64,000 nt of DNA from Bigelowiella natans CCMP2755 (taxonomy: Eukaryota > Protista > Cercozoa). Location: NCBI GenBank assembly GCA_000320545.1, contig ADNK01001115.1, positions 1 to 64,000 on the forward strand, in the 5' to 3' direction. The translations under genes and the position numbers were made by a program. The notes under the pieces are model-generated. The model saw only the letters and a program-made list of their open reading frames with translations, was not told where the DNA came from and ran no database searches. Shown here piece after piece: positions 50,538 through 63,543 of the stretch (the first letter of the stretch is position 1; the number at the start of each line of letters is the position of its first letter).

Positions 50538-52527
50538 GCAATTACTCAGGGAAAGGCACGCGAGTGCCGTTCCTGCGATTGCATCGATTTTGCCCCGCTG
50601 CTGCCCGACACTGTCCCGGCAATTGGTGTTGAAGGAGGGGGGGGAGGAGGAGGAGAGGTTGGAACCATAGCAATGATGGCTCCTACAAAGAGGAAACAAC
50701 GGCCTTCACCCTCATCCCATCAAAACCCTCCTCATCATCGGAGCAATCCCAACAAACACTCACCAGCAGCCTCCCCCTCTTCGTCCTCAACCCCCTCCTC
50801 GTCGTCAGGACAAACCCAGCAGCAGCAAGCGGAAGGGAGGGGTGAGGGGAGTAAGAAGCGCAGGACTACCACGACGACGGCGAACAACGGTGAGGAGGAG
50901 GAGGAGGAGGAGGAGGAGGGGATTATATGCGATATGATAATAGGAATGGACAATGATGCTTCTACTGAATAGAGTGATGGTGGTGGCAGTTGAAATAATG
51001 ATAATTATGCCAATGACAATGATGATGGATGACAACGACAGCTACTCTGTACACTACTTGAGAAGCAATCGATTTCGTCGAGCACCACGCGCCTTCACCA
51101 CCACCACCTTCTGCAAGTAATAGCTCATATTTTCATTTTCCCGTATAAATTGAAAGGAGGAGGAGGAGGAGGAGGAGGAGATATAAAAACAGCCGCATCA
51201 TCGTCGAAGAACGGCCTCTTGAGCACCACCATCGCCGGTGGTAAGAACAAGTCTCGGATGAAGAGAATGAAGAAGATTCAGAAGGTGAGAGGAGATAGAC
51301 GTCGTGCAGTGCTCCTGCTTAATAGTAGTAGTAGTAGTAGTAGTACTAGTGGTAGTAATAGCAGTAGTGGTAGTATCTCGATGAAGAATAAGACTTGCTG
51401 CTGCTACTGCTGCTGAAAAAGACAGCCATTCCTCTTCCAATCAAGCACTCGAACAACGATGAAGTTGATGTCACATCAACTTCATCAGTTCACGCATACC
51501 GCCGTGATAGTCCTAAGAAGTACAATCTATCCTTCTTTTCCTTCTTCTTCTTCTTCTTCTTCTCCTTCTTCTTCTTCGCTATTATTATCGGCATCATCCA
51601 CAGAACATCGCGCGAGAAGTGGGGAAGGCCATCCAGGAGTTTCAAATGATACGGTGGGGGCATAGCAGCTGCTGCTGCTTCCCAATCAACGATGACGAAT
51701 AGCCTGCATCTTGATCGGGGGCAGAGCACGACGTCATTTTGTTTTTCTATAACGTGCAACAAGAAGTCTGGGGGGGGGGGGGGGGGAGGGGGGTTGCAGC
51801 ATGTACGAATGCCTTGTGCGGCATGACTCTATTCGTAGATGAATATAGGCTTTACTGCACATATGATGAACGATTGTACCGATGGCTGCCTTTATGCGGT
51901 CGCTGGGGAAATCACCAATATAAATTCTTCAATCTGTCAATCTGATAATGTGCCTGGCCATGATTATGGACGGATATCTGTGTATACCTGCTGCTCTGTT
52001 CAGCAGAAGGCTGATCGATGTGTGTGTGTGTGTCTGGAATGCGTGTGCGTGTAATATTGTTGTGGGGGCTGTTTCAGGGAGGGGGACCGTGTGCTGGTAG
52101 GCGTCTCTGGCGGCAAAGATTCACTGACGATGCTGGATGTTCTTTTGGACAAACAGGTCGGTACTTCTCTTCGTCGTCTCTTCCTTGGTAGCTGTGCTAG
52201 GTGTAGTAGTAGTAGTAGTAGTAGTAGTAGTACTTTGTAATAGTCATTTTGACGGAGAGGGGAGGGGCATATACTTCGATATCTCATCATTCTACACGGG
52301 TAGTAGTAGTAGCAATAGTTGTGGTAGCTGCAACCACAACATGGCAGCACCTCTTCTCGATTCTTAATCCCATCCATCACATCGCTAGCGAAAGGCACCA
52401 GTGCGGTTTGAAGTGGCGGCGTGTACCGTTGATCCTCAGGTCCGCGCGCATGTACGTGTGTGTGTGTGTGTGCGTGTGTGCGTGGCGTCGGTTCGGTAGT
52501 GACGTTTTACCTCGTTTCTTGACGATG

Positions 52528-52581
<54 letters not shown>

Positions 52582-53100
52582 AAAGCACATAAGCAGCAGA
52601 CACGTCCTCCTCCTCCTCCTCCTCCTCTTCCTTCTGATTATCCTCCCCCCGCCGCCACCTTTCTCTCCTCCCGTAGGCCCCGGAATATGACCCCACCCCC
52701 CTGAAGGCTTACATGAAGAAAAAGGGAGTGAGGTAGTATGAAAGTGCATGTATGAGTACCCTTAGTGGCCAAAACAACAAGCAAACACACGCACGTATCA
52801 CAATGACTCAGGTACTTTATGGAAAGCCAAAACGTCCTCGAAACGGCGAAGAAGCTCCTCGACCCAAGACGTAAGTATACTAGCGGCGAAGATGATGGTG
52901 GGGAGGGGGTGATGACGCGACGGCAGCGATGCGAGATGTGATGCACCCCTGAAGTTCCTCCTCCTCCTCCTCTTGTGAGACGATAAGAGTGGAATATGAG
53001 CGATGAAAACAAGAGACATATGCATAGCGTGTATGCATGCATGTGTGCGTGTGTGCGTGCGTGTGTGCGTGCGTGTGTGCGTGTGTGTGTGCGTGTGTGC

Positions 53101-53145
<45 letters not shown>

Positions 53146-53724
53146 CAAAGTTTTCGTTGGAGCTGACCCCCCCTCTACTGCACTTGTCAGGAGACTCTAT
53201 TTGCTCCTTCTGCTCGCGCATGCGGCGTGGAATATTGTACAACACGGCGCGGAGGGAAGGCTACAATGTACTGGCGTTGGGACAGGTGATGACCCAATTT
53301 GATGATGATGATGATGATGGCGGTGATAATGATGTTTCGCATGCAAACACATTCATACCTATTTATGCTGGACACCGTACACAATCATGCCTTATCGTTC
53401 TGCCTTGATTACTTCTTGATCGATCCCTCCTGCCCCCCCCACCCCCCCGAAATTCGATACGTTCGCAGCATCTCGACGACCTCGCGGAGTCTTTCGTGAT
53501 GTCAGCATTCCATAACGGCTCCCTGCGGACAATGAAGGCGCATTATGAAAACGATAAGGGGGACGTGAGGATCATCAGGCCTCTCGTGTATGTACGCGCA
53601 TGCATTTTGTGTGCTCGGCTGGTTCTCTAGTTGCTGCAGTGTATATCTTTCATCTTGCATTCGATTAATATTTGTGTGGATGTGCGCATTATGAGTGCGA
53701 TTGTGCAAATTGATAAATATTATA

Positions 53725-53795
<71 letters not shown>

Positions 53796-54637
53796 CGTGG
53801 TTAGATACGTCCGCGAAAGGCTAATGCGTGAGTATGCGACATTGGCCCGACTACCTGTAATTGATGAGAACTGTCCAGCATGCTTCGAGGTCTTAAAACT
53901 AGAAGAAGAAGAAGAAGAAGAATTATAGAATAAGAACAAGTAGTAGTAGCGGTGGCAGTAATACGGGCTGTACACACGAATAGAGACTGATACAGAGTAC
54001 CAGATTGCTATCACGAAAGAGTCGTGTTGTGTTTCCATTGAGTATTCAATAAGGTCGTGTGTTTGTGTGTTGCGTGTGATTTTTTTTAATCATATGATCT
54101 CCGTTTGCCGTTGGGGTGTCGCATTGGTCACGACGACGACGACGACGATGATGATTATGATGATAGGCGCCAAAAGAGCGAGCGCGGGTGAAGCTAATGT
54201 TGGCGTCTCAAGAGCACGTACATCCCAACGTCTTTTCTTGCCTCCTGCGCACAATGAAGCCGCTCATGCGGGGGGATTTGGAGACGAAACGGGGCGTGCA
54301 CGCAGCTGCCATCAGATGCGGCGGCGGCCAAGGTAACGGGAGCCGTGATGGCAGTAATGGGATTCTTCACAGAAAACGCACAGACATGAAATCATCGACG
54401 ACTACGAGAACAAAGATGACCGCCATACCACCAGCTGCAGCAGAGGAAATGGAGTTTGATTTAATAGTGGGAGGACCCTCTGCAACATCTTCTTCTGATA
54501 AGAACGGCGATAGTATTGGTAGTGGCAAGGACAGTCATAACCCTTGGATTGATCGGGGGGAACGGATATGGGAGGTGGTGCACGGCCAGCATAAAGGCGA
54601 CTTCTGGGAGGCGTTGCAGCACCAGCTTACAATCTAA
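45010..54637 (+). CDS. Fusion of a class V PLP cysteine-desulfurase-like domain, a Cys/His cluster and a TtcA-like tRNA 2-thiocytidine sulfurtransferase domain; roughly 30 exons
   Basis: YADYVASG, YANTH, EHHSNLLPW, AASNVTG, WDYA, STHKFLGG (PLP Lys), EGGTP, RGGCACAG (catalytic Cys); then [36 protein letters not shown] (PP-loop), CSFCSRMRRGILY, LGQHLDD, IIRPL, ENCPAC; I found an in-phase GT-AG path through the linker. Confidence 0.85.
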
Positions 54638-54750
54638 AGTGTATTTCTTAATTAGCTAACGGCCAAACCACTTCTATATCTAGCACCCACGCCCACACAC
54701 AGTATGGCTATGCTTTTAAAAACGTTGGGTATAATATAGCTCTAGGTGTG

Positions 54751-55000
54751 TAAGACGGATGTAATTAATCAATTAAATTTGTTCAATGGTCATCCTTATA
54801 TATGAGACGGATGTAATGAAATGTTTAAATTTTTTCAATGGTCATCCTGATGTAGCTGTGCAATGCAGCGGCTACAGCGCTTAAATTGTATCTGTTTGTT
54901 TCCTTGGTCACATGGCGCATGCATGAAAATACATCATGATTTGGTCTAGCATCCTTATACATAGCTATGCAATGCAGCGCTAGAGCGGCCACAGCGCTAA
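54751..55000 (+). repeat. Tandem cluster of the dispersed element: 5' half 54751-54798, full copy 54799-54887, 3' half about 54950-55000
   Basis: agacggatgtaat...ttaaattt..tcaatggtcatcct occurs twice; tagct(g/a)tgcaatgcagcg...gc(t/c)acagcgct occurs twice. Confidence 0.9.
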
Positions 55001-55202
55001 TGTTGAATCTGTTGTAACAATGTGTGCGGCCTATATCCAGCTATATAGCGCACACGTAGTCCAGCTAGCCCGCGCATGCAGCATGCTAACATGCTAGCAT
55101 GTTTAGCAGATGTCTAGATGTCCAGCTAGCCAGGTTATGCACATGCAGGCGCCAATTTTCACGTCAGCAGTACCAGCCATACTAGCATAGCCAGCTAGCC
55201 AG

Positions 55203-55234
55203 CTAGCTAGCTAGCTAGCTAGCTAGCTAGCTAG
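55203..55234. repeat. (CTAG)8 palindromic microsatellite in a CTAG-rich convergent spacer
   Basis: ctag x8, preceded by ccag-variant units. Confidence 0.9.
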
Positions 55235-55936
55235 ATAGTAGCGCACGAACAAGCTAGCAAGGACAATCGCAGTCACGCACACTGCACTCGAATGCCACGC
55301 TAGCTAGCTAGCACGTCTAGTAGACGTCCTAGCGGGCGGGCTAGCGGGACGTCGTCACATTCGGTGCCAGTATACCAGGCTAGCTAGCTAGTCCAGCAGT
55401 ACGTTGTGCGCTCCCCACGTGCTATCTAGCTATCTAGCCATGCCGGCGCTAGCTAGCAGCGGCGGCTCATTGTGATCATGCACACGTACGCCCTAGACGC
55501 CACTACTAGTTAGCGTAGCTAGCTAGACTGCTAGACTGGCTAGCTGGACCATACTGGATGCACAATGTGACCGCGCTAGCGCACCGCCTACACACCTAGA
55601 CATTAGCAGCTACATATACGTACGTTGTCTAGATATTCTGTGCAGAGACATTGCCTGTCCTGTCTATAAGTCTAGTTGATCTTGATGATGCTTTGCTGCG
55701 CTCGTACATTATACATCAAAAGTCGCGATTGAATGCATAGCACAGATGACAGAACAACAGTGAAATCATGCAGAAGAGGCACTAACTGTAACTAATGAAC
55801 ATCGAACATTCAAATACTTCAACCCCATGCAAATATGGTGTATCGTATTGCAAGACATACCAATCAGCAAATGGCGCTTATGCACGTTGCTGTCAGTCGA
55901 ATCTCGGCAGTGGTAATATAGCATTTAGGATTCGCT

Positions 55937-58900
55937 TCATTTCGAAGCAGAAGATACCACCCCGTCCAATTTCATTTGAGAAGCCACTTTTTTTTGCTTC
56001 AGCATTGCAGGGTTTGTTTTGGATTGAAGACCCGCTGGGACAGAGAAGTTTCGAGGATCGATTGTGATTGACTTCGTCACATCATCCGTTTTATATATTC
56101 CGACGAGTCTGTCTGCAAGTTCAAACATGTTGTTTCGGAGACTAATGATGACAAATTGAGCGTTTTTGGTCCTTTCCTTAATGTAGTTGGCGACTATGGA
56201 GACATTTTTGAAATCAAGCGCTGCATCAATTTCGTCCATAACATAGAGAGGAGTCGGTTTGAAGTGATGCAGAGCAAAAATTAAGGCAAGCGAACTCAAT
56301 GTTTTCTCCCCTCCGGAGAGATTGTGAATATTCTTCCAGCTCTTCTTGGGTGGACGGACGCTGAATACAATTCCTTCTGAAAACGGATCAAGGCTGTCGA
56401 CAAGTTCAAGCTCGGCATCTCCTCCCAACGTTAGCATTTGATACATCTCCTTCAATTTCATGGTGATTGTAGAGAATCCAGCCATGAATTCATCTAGTCT
56501 TTTCTTCCTTAATGAATCGTACTCATTTCGGACTCCATTTCGTTGAGCAGTAATCTGGTCTAGGTGGCCGACACGTTGGAGATATTCTGCATGCTTCTGA
56601 CGATACTCGGAAATGGCACGCATGTCGGGTTTCATCTGCGAAAGACTTTCTTCAATAACGGTGACGTCAACTTTTAGCTTCTTCTGATCGAGATGCTCCA
56701 ACTCCTCTTCTGTGAGCGGTACATAGTGTTGCGGTTGCACATCATCATTTTTATTCTCATCGTCAAACTGTCCCTCTTTTTGGTCCTCAGCATTATTAGA
56801 GTTTTGCTCCTTCTCTGCTGCAAGCTCAAACAGAAGGGAAGACTCTATCTTCTTCACAGTATCCTTCAGCATTTTGGCCCAGTGATTGGCCTTGTCAGTG
56901 TTGTCTTTAATGATTTTGTCATAGTCTTCCATTTGGTTGAGGATATCGACCTCGACCGTTCGGATATTTCCCAGTTCTGTTTGGAATTTCTTGTGCTTCT
57001 TTTCCATCTTATTGAGGGCTGCGTCGCGATCCTTCAATTCCTCCTTTGCTCTGTTGTATGCCTGGATAACCTCACAAGCATCATCTTCAAGTTGCTTAGA
57101 TTCCTCGATCAAGTTTTGCAAGCTGTCAATAGATGTTTCAAGTTCCTTCTCAGCCTTCTCGATCGCTTTCTGCGACTGGGCAATTTTCTTTTTATTTGCT
57201 GCGCAAGTGACACTCACTTGCGTAAGGCGCTTTGTTGCCTTGTCAAGTTTCTTCACGATTTCATTTACTTTTGCGGTCTGGTCTCGAAGACGGGAGCCAC
57301 CTGCCTCCATGATCTTTTGCTGTAATTCGTCAACTTGGCCCTGTAGCGACTTTGTTGCGTCTTGAGACTTCTTTAGTTTCCTACTCACTCCCTCAATTAC
57401 CTTTCCTAGCTCCTTAATTCTCGCCTCATCGGCAGGACTATTACTAAGTTGACCCTTCAAGGATTTTATTTGAGTATCTTTCGAGCTCAATTGAACTTCG
57501 AGTGTCTGTTTCTCCATTTCCAGTTTCTGTACCTTAGTAACAGCTTCATTATACTCGTTTTCGAGCTTTTCAATTTCGTTTCGTAGAGTTTCACACTCCT
57601 CTTTAGCTTTGGAGATGCTTTTCCCCAGAAAATGAAGATCCTTTTCCATATCTTTAACCGCAGCTGCGCTGTATTGTTGAGAACAAGAAGCTTTCATCCC
57701 TCCACGGGCCACTTTGTTCCCTCCACCAGACATGGTTCCCGAAGTGTCAATTAATTCTCCAGCAAGAGTAACAACTCGCCATCTGCGCCTCTTATCATAG
57801 CCAATCTTTACTGCCTGATCTAAATTCGTAGCGACCAAAGTGTCTCTTAGAGCGTAGTAGAATGCAGGTTTGTATTTCTCATCTTGAGGTCGGACCAGAT
57901 CGAACAGACGTTTCACACCGAGAGGGGGTTTGACAGGACGTCTCATGATATCGATCAACCCACTTTGCTTCTCTAAGATCAAGAATGTTGCCCTTCCCAG
58001 ATTCTCCTTTCGTAGTAGTCGCACGCATCTTTCAGCAGTCTTGGTAGTATCAACTACGATGTGATTTAAAGCCCCGCAGGCAGTAGAGATAGCAACGTCA
58101 TATTTTGCATCGATAGCCCCTAGATCCCCTAGCCGACCTTCAATTCCGGGAATTAAACCCCTCTGCTTCGCTTTCATGAGACCTTTCAGGACTGTTCCTT
58201 GAGACCTTTCTCGACTTGACTGTGCCTTTGCCTCTGAGAACTTGGAGCGGGCAGCATGATATTTCTTGCTGTGACTAGCAAGCTCTGCATCAACAGTTTG
58301 CATCCTGGACTTTTTCGATTTCAATTTTGTTTTGATATTATCGCAGCGGAGTTTTGTGCTCTTTAATGCACTCGTACAGGCTGATATATCTTTCTGAATA
58401 CGCTGCTTGCTCTCTTTCGCTTCTTCATATTGCTTGGTTGCCTTCTCAGTTTTATTAGTAAGAAGTTTTTGTTCGGATTCGGCAATGGTCTTTTCTTTCT
58501 GAATGTCGTTGATCTTTTTGCGCAATGGAACCAACTCCTTTTCCTTCGCTTCCATTTTAACACGTAAGTGTTCTGTTTTCCCCTTTACTTCCTCGAAGAC
58601 CTCCTCAAGCACAGCATCCTCCTGATAGTTAGAGAAATTAAAGGAATGTTTCTCCGATATAACAAAGACTGACATCTTAGCAATTATTTATCTCAACCTG
58701 CTTTTTGGCCTTGCTTAATTTCTCGATCTCTTTCTCAATTTTGGGTTTCTGCTTAGTCTCATCCTCAGATTGTTGCGTAAGCTGATCCAGCTTCCTCTTT
58801 TCACGCTTTATCTTACCCTCAAGTTTTCTCTTCTTCGCCTTTTCGTTCTTCTTATTCTCCTGAAATTGAATATCTTTCCTCTCATAAGCTGCAAACTCCG

Positions 58901-60115
58901 CCTTGGTCTTCAGCATCGTTTTATTGGTCAAGTCATAATCCTTTTTGGCCTTATTGTATTCGTCTTCGATGTCCTTGAGCTCTGTAGTCCTATCCTCTAA
59001 CTTTTTTCGCTCGTAGTCTAGCTTGGTGTTCAGACGCGTCTTTTTCTCTTCAACAGCAGCAATTTGCCTTTTGCTCTCAGTCTCATTCGATTGATACAGC
59101 TTAGCGCGCAGGATGTTTGCTTCGTTCTCCTTCAGCAGATATGCCTCTGCCTCCGCTTTGGCACCCTGATATCAAATTTTAAAGCATCAGGCTTACATTG
59201 TACTGATCTCAAAGAAAATCAGATACACACATCAAATAAATTCTCAAATCCGAATTGAATGTGCATTTAACATCACCTCTAAGTTCCCTTTTTCTTTTTC
59301 CACGATCTTAACCCGATTAAGTTTTTCTTGACGAACATCGTTTAAGGCCTCGACTTCTTTCTGCTTCTCTTCGATCGCTTCCACGTACTGGTTGGATCCA
59401 ATGATATCTTCCAGATATTCCAGGAGGCCATCTTCGTGAGGTGTCAACGCTTTTGGCTTCATCATGGAAATCTGTTCGACTTCACCTTGTAGGATCAAGA
59501 ACCGATTGTTGTCCAAATCTACTCCTTTCTTCTTCAGAAGGGTTGTGACTTCGGTAAAAGAGCTTGTCTTCTCATTAATATAATATTTGGATTTACTCTC
59601 TTTATTAGCCGTCCTTGAGACGACGAATTCCGATCCAGGTACTACGTCAAATCCATCCGGCTTACCCTAATCCAACAGCAATATTGATCTTATAAAATGT
59701 CCTGTCTGTCCGATTTATTAATCAGGTCTTACCTCAATGTCAATGATTTCATGGAAATGCACTGAGACTCTGCATTCTGGCAGATCTTTGTGTTTGCTCG
59801 ACCGATGGATGAGTTCGCTGATCTTTTTCAGCCTGATCTTACTCGCCCTCTTTCCGAAAACGAATAGAAGTGAATCGATTACGTTGGATTTTCCGCTTCC
59901 GTTCGGTCCCACGATCGATGAGAAGCACTGTAGTTATCAAATCATCACTTTTTTGCAATGCTCACTACGAGAAATAACCGCACCTTGTGGAAAGGTCCAA
60001 TAACCCTTTTGCCATAGTAAGATTTGAAATTTTCTAGAACCATCTTTTTTATCATGAGCCTAGGGGGAGCAGGACCGGAGCCATCCGGCATGGCCTTGAA
60101 TTCGTCGGCTGCCAT
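55937..60115 (-). CDS. SMC4: Condensin subunit SMC4; 5 exons: 60115-59984, 59927-59733, 59666-59277, 59165-58698, 58621-55937
   Basis: LENFKSY, Walker A GPNGSGKSN, RFLILQGEVEQI, hinge GRLGDLGAIDAKYDVAISTAC, LSGGEKTLSSLAL, Walker B YVMDEIDAALD. Confidence 0.97.
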
Positions 60116-60592
60116 TTCCAACTGCAAGTGGGCTTTCACGTATAGATGGTTATATCTTACGACATAAATGTTTAGATGTCACACATAGGAAATCCTCTAT
60201 GTTTGCATGTTAAATGTGGTTAATTTTTGGCGGGTGTGCATTTGTTTTTGCCAGCAACGGTCTGCAAGGCGCCAAATTTTATAGAAATTATTTCTTCGGG
60301 TTATGAAATGGTGGAAATACATAAAGATTAGGTGAAACGACATCGGTATTCGAGCAGCTAGTAGTACTAAGAGGGCCCTGAAATAGAAAAGGTGGCATGA
60401 ATAAAATACAAGTCCTTTTACTCAAAGCGACATGGACGAATTTATCATAACTAGAACACACTCTATTTCGATAGCTGCTCGAGGGGAGCTCGAAGCTCAT
60501 CGAGCCTCCCCTGTACAATGGAAGACAGCCCACCAATCGGAAGTTGGATGGTGGTAGATGGGATTCTAGGTGGAGATGAAGGGCGTCCACCA

Positions 60593-63436
60593 ATGGGTGG
60601 GTCTTTTGACTCCACTCATCGTGTTCCACATTCACCTTCGCTGTACTCTATGGGCGACTCTGAGGGTGTTCCCCCTACAAATCCTCCTTCACCGTCATCT
60701 TCTTCATCGTTCTCTGAATTCGACAAATGTTTGAACGAACTCGAAGCAGCCTGGGTACAATAATGGAAATCACATCTTTCATTCATAGATTTTAACTCGT
60801 CGGTGTTCATTGAAAGTGTTGTACAGCTCGGAAGTGACTGTATTTATTTATTTAGGCAAAGGCCTCCCGGACAAAAGGGATTGTCCCTATACCGGTATGG
60901 TCACCACGACCAATCACAAATATTCACAGCTCACACTGTTGATTTGTTTTCTAAGTTGTGGGAACGTGTCAAGATAAGATCTCGGGAGGGCTTCTTATCT
61001 CAAAATGAAACATCGCCACGTGGAGGATCGTCAAGCAACTCTCTTGGTAGAGATCTCTTTCTTCCCCCGAATCCCACATTTAATAGGATCTTATCCATGA
61101 ATTTAAAATAGGAGGATCCGGGCCATTGGTCTCTGAATTTTTCTTCGATAAGAACGCAAAAGTAGAAGCCAAGCAGCAACCTGTAAGCACGTACAAGTCA
61201 AGCTCAAAATCAAACAGTTCGAAGCTTGACGAGGGAGGAGGAGTCAGTATCGCCAGATCACACAATAGCAATATCCCTGCAGATCCCCTAAATGGGATTG
61301 CTGATGAGCAACTGAACACCAAGATTAATATCAAGCACTCACCAGAATTTGCGGTGAGACTAACATTCATGAATAATCCTCCTTCTCGCACATATTATTC
61401 ATCATATATACACACACACGATCGCACGAATGGCATCATAGATTAAGCTTATCGTCTTCTTGCTTTTCAAGAGCCGAACATATATTTTATATATATCTCC
61501 TCGCAGGAGCTATTTGGAGGTGATTCGTCTGCCGATGAGAACGCCGTTGATTCTCCTGCTGCAGTTCCCCCAGCAGGCTCGCTTGACTTCGAATGTAGGC
61601 GTATTAGCAACAAAAACAAGCCTGTCTTCCCAGGATTGTCGAATCCCGAATCGAGTGGGAGCCCGAACAGCAGTATAAACGCCAAAGATAGTCTGGCTTC
61701 GCCCCACCCCTTCTCACCGAACCTCGCAACCCGACATGGACGTACACAAACCAAAGACAACGGGGGCAGCGGCTGCAGTGTTAACAGTAATGATTATAGC
61801 AAAAACAAAAATGAGGAAGGTGGTAACGACAGACCTGCCGCTGCTGCTGCTGGTGCTGCTACTGCCCCCGAGCAGCTTGAACCTCCTAAAAAATCTGTAG
61901 TGTCTGTCAAGAAGGGACGAAATCCCCGCCATTTACACTTGAAGTCGGGGGGAGCTCCCATTAAGCTTACCTTACTCTGCACCTCCTCGAATCTTGACAG
62001 CAGGCGCAAACGGCGAGAAAACTGGCGGAGATCTACATCGGTCAATTCTTGCAATTCCTCCTCCTCCTCCAATTCCCACCTTGCCTCAACACGTACGGCA
62101 GGAACGACGATGGCAAATCACGGAGAGGTGGGGGCAGGAGCTGCAGGGTCAACGTTAGTTTCCAACACGACAACGTCTAGCAGTGCGAAGGGGCCCACTA
62201 GCCGCAGTCGCAATAGTATTCTTCGCCGCATCCTACCGTCTTTCAATAGTCCGAAGAAAGTTCAAAGAGCAGCAGGTGGGGGGCGGACAGGAGAGGATGG
62301 TCAGGGAACTACCTCTACTACCAAGTCTAAAAGTAGCACCAGTACCGGGAGAAAGTCAGTCTTTTTCTTTCGCCGAGGAGCATCCAAGAAGGATATAGCA
62401 GCAGCAGCAGCAGCAGAAGCTCATAGCGTTGGCGCTGGGAACAATGGTAGCAGCAGCAGCAGCAGCTCAAAGGACACACCCAGCGGTGCCTCGCAGAGCG
62501 GGCAGCGTGATGTAGAAATCGACAACGGGGAAGCTAGTAAAGAGAAAAAGAACAATAAACGGAGCCGCAAGGTGACTACTGATGATGCCCGCCGCCGCCG
62601 CTGCTGCTTATATTGCTACTACCATTTGAGTGAGAGCAGCTAATAATAGCATTTTCACACACTGACGGTACTTATCCTCTTCTTCCCTCTGTGCTGTTTT
62701 CCACCTACTCGGGTGTGATGCTGGTTACCCCCCCGCTATTACATCACATCCAGAGCGTCTCAGGCTATGCATCGGTCTTGCGCAAAGTGATCGGCTTGCA
62801 CGAAAGGCAAATCCGTCGACTCCAAAAGGTAGATGCACAGCCACATGAGGAACCCTACTCTCTCTTTTCCCCTGTTCGTTTGCTTTTGGAGAGGGGAAAG
62901 GCTAGAAGCAATCCAATGCTTCTACTCTAGGAAGGGCAGAAATCCTTTATATTGTATACTGTATATAATATATATATATATATATATATAGCATATATTA
63001 TATCAACCGCCCCGCTTTTATTGACGAAATCTATACAGGAGAGGCGACGAGAGCAATCGCGACGACGCACAGAGTTGATGAAGTGGCAGCGGTGGGCACT
63101 GCCGGACCTCTATCGTATTTCTGATCTCCATTTCCACAGCATCATGGTAATTAAGCATAGATGCATGCACTTATCTACACTCCCTTCTTTACGGCCTCCC
63201 ATATCTCCCTTCCCTTTTTCTCAACTCCACATCCCGCCATGTATGTGTCGTCGAGTGCCTATCTCTGCGAATTACGTATCACTGACCGTACGAATGGCGG
63301 GCTGCTGCTGATGTAGATGGAATTAACGGCAAGGCTACAAGTTCATTTCGCGTGCTGCGGGGTGTTAGAGAGAGAGAATCAACTCATCCAACTAGCCCTC
63401 AACGGCGGTAGTACTCATTATGCGTGTATATGTTAG

Positions 63437-63471
<35 letters not shown>

Positions 63472-63512
63472 TTTATGTTTGTGTGTGTGTGTTATCCATC
63501 CATCGATGATGT

Positions 63513-63543
<31 letters not shown>

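Noticed and set aside
54799-54887. Dispersed element as a SECIS or H/ACA snoRNA
   Set aside because: ATGA-to-AAA spacing is too short for a SECIS and no in-frame TGA was found in the upstream genes; the hairpins are too small and there is no ANANNA hinge for H/ACA
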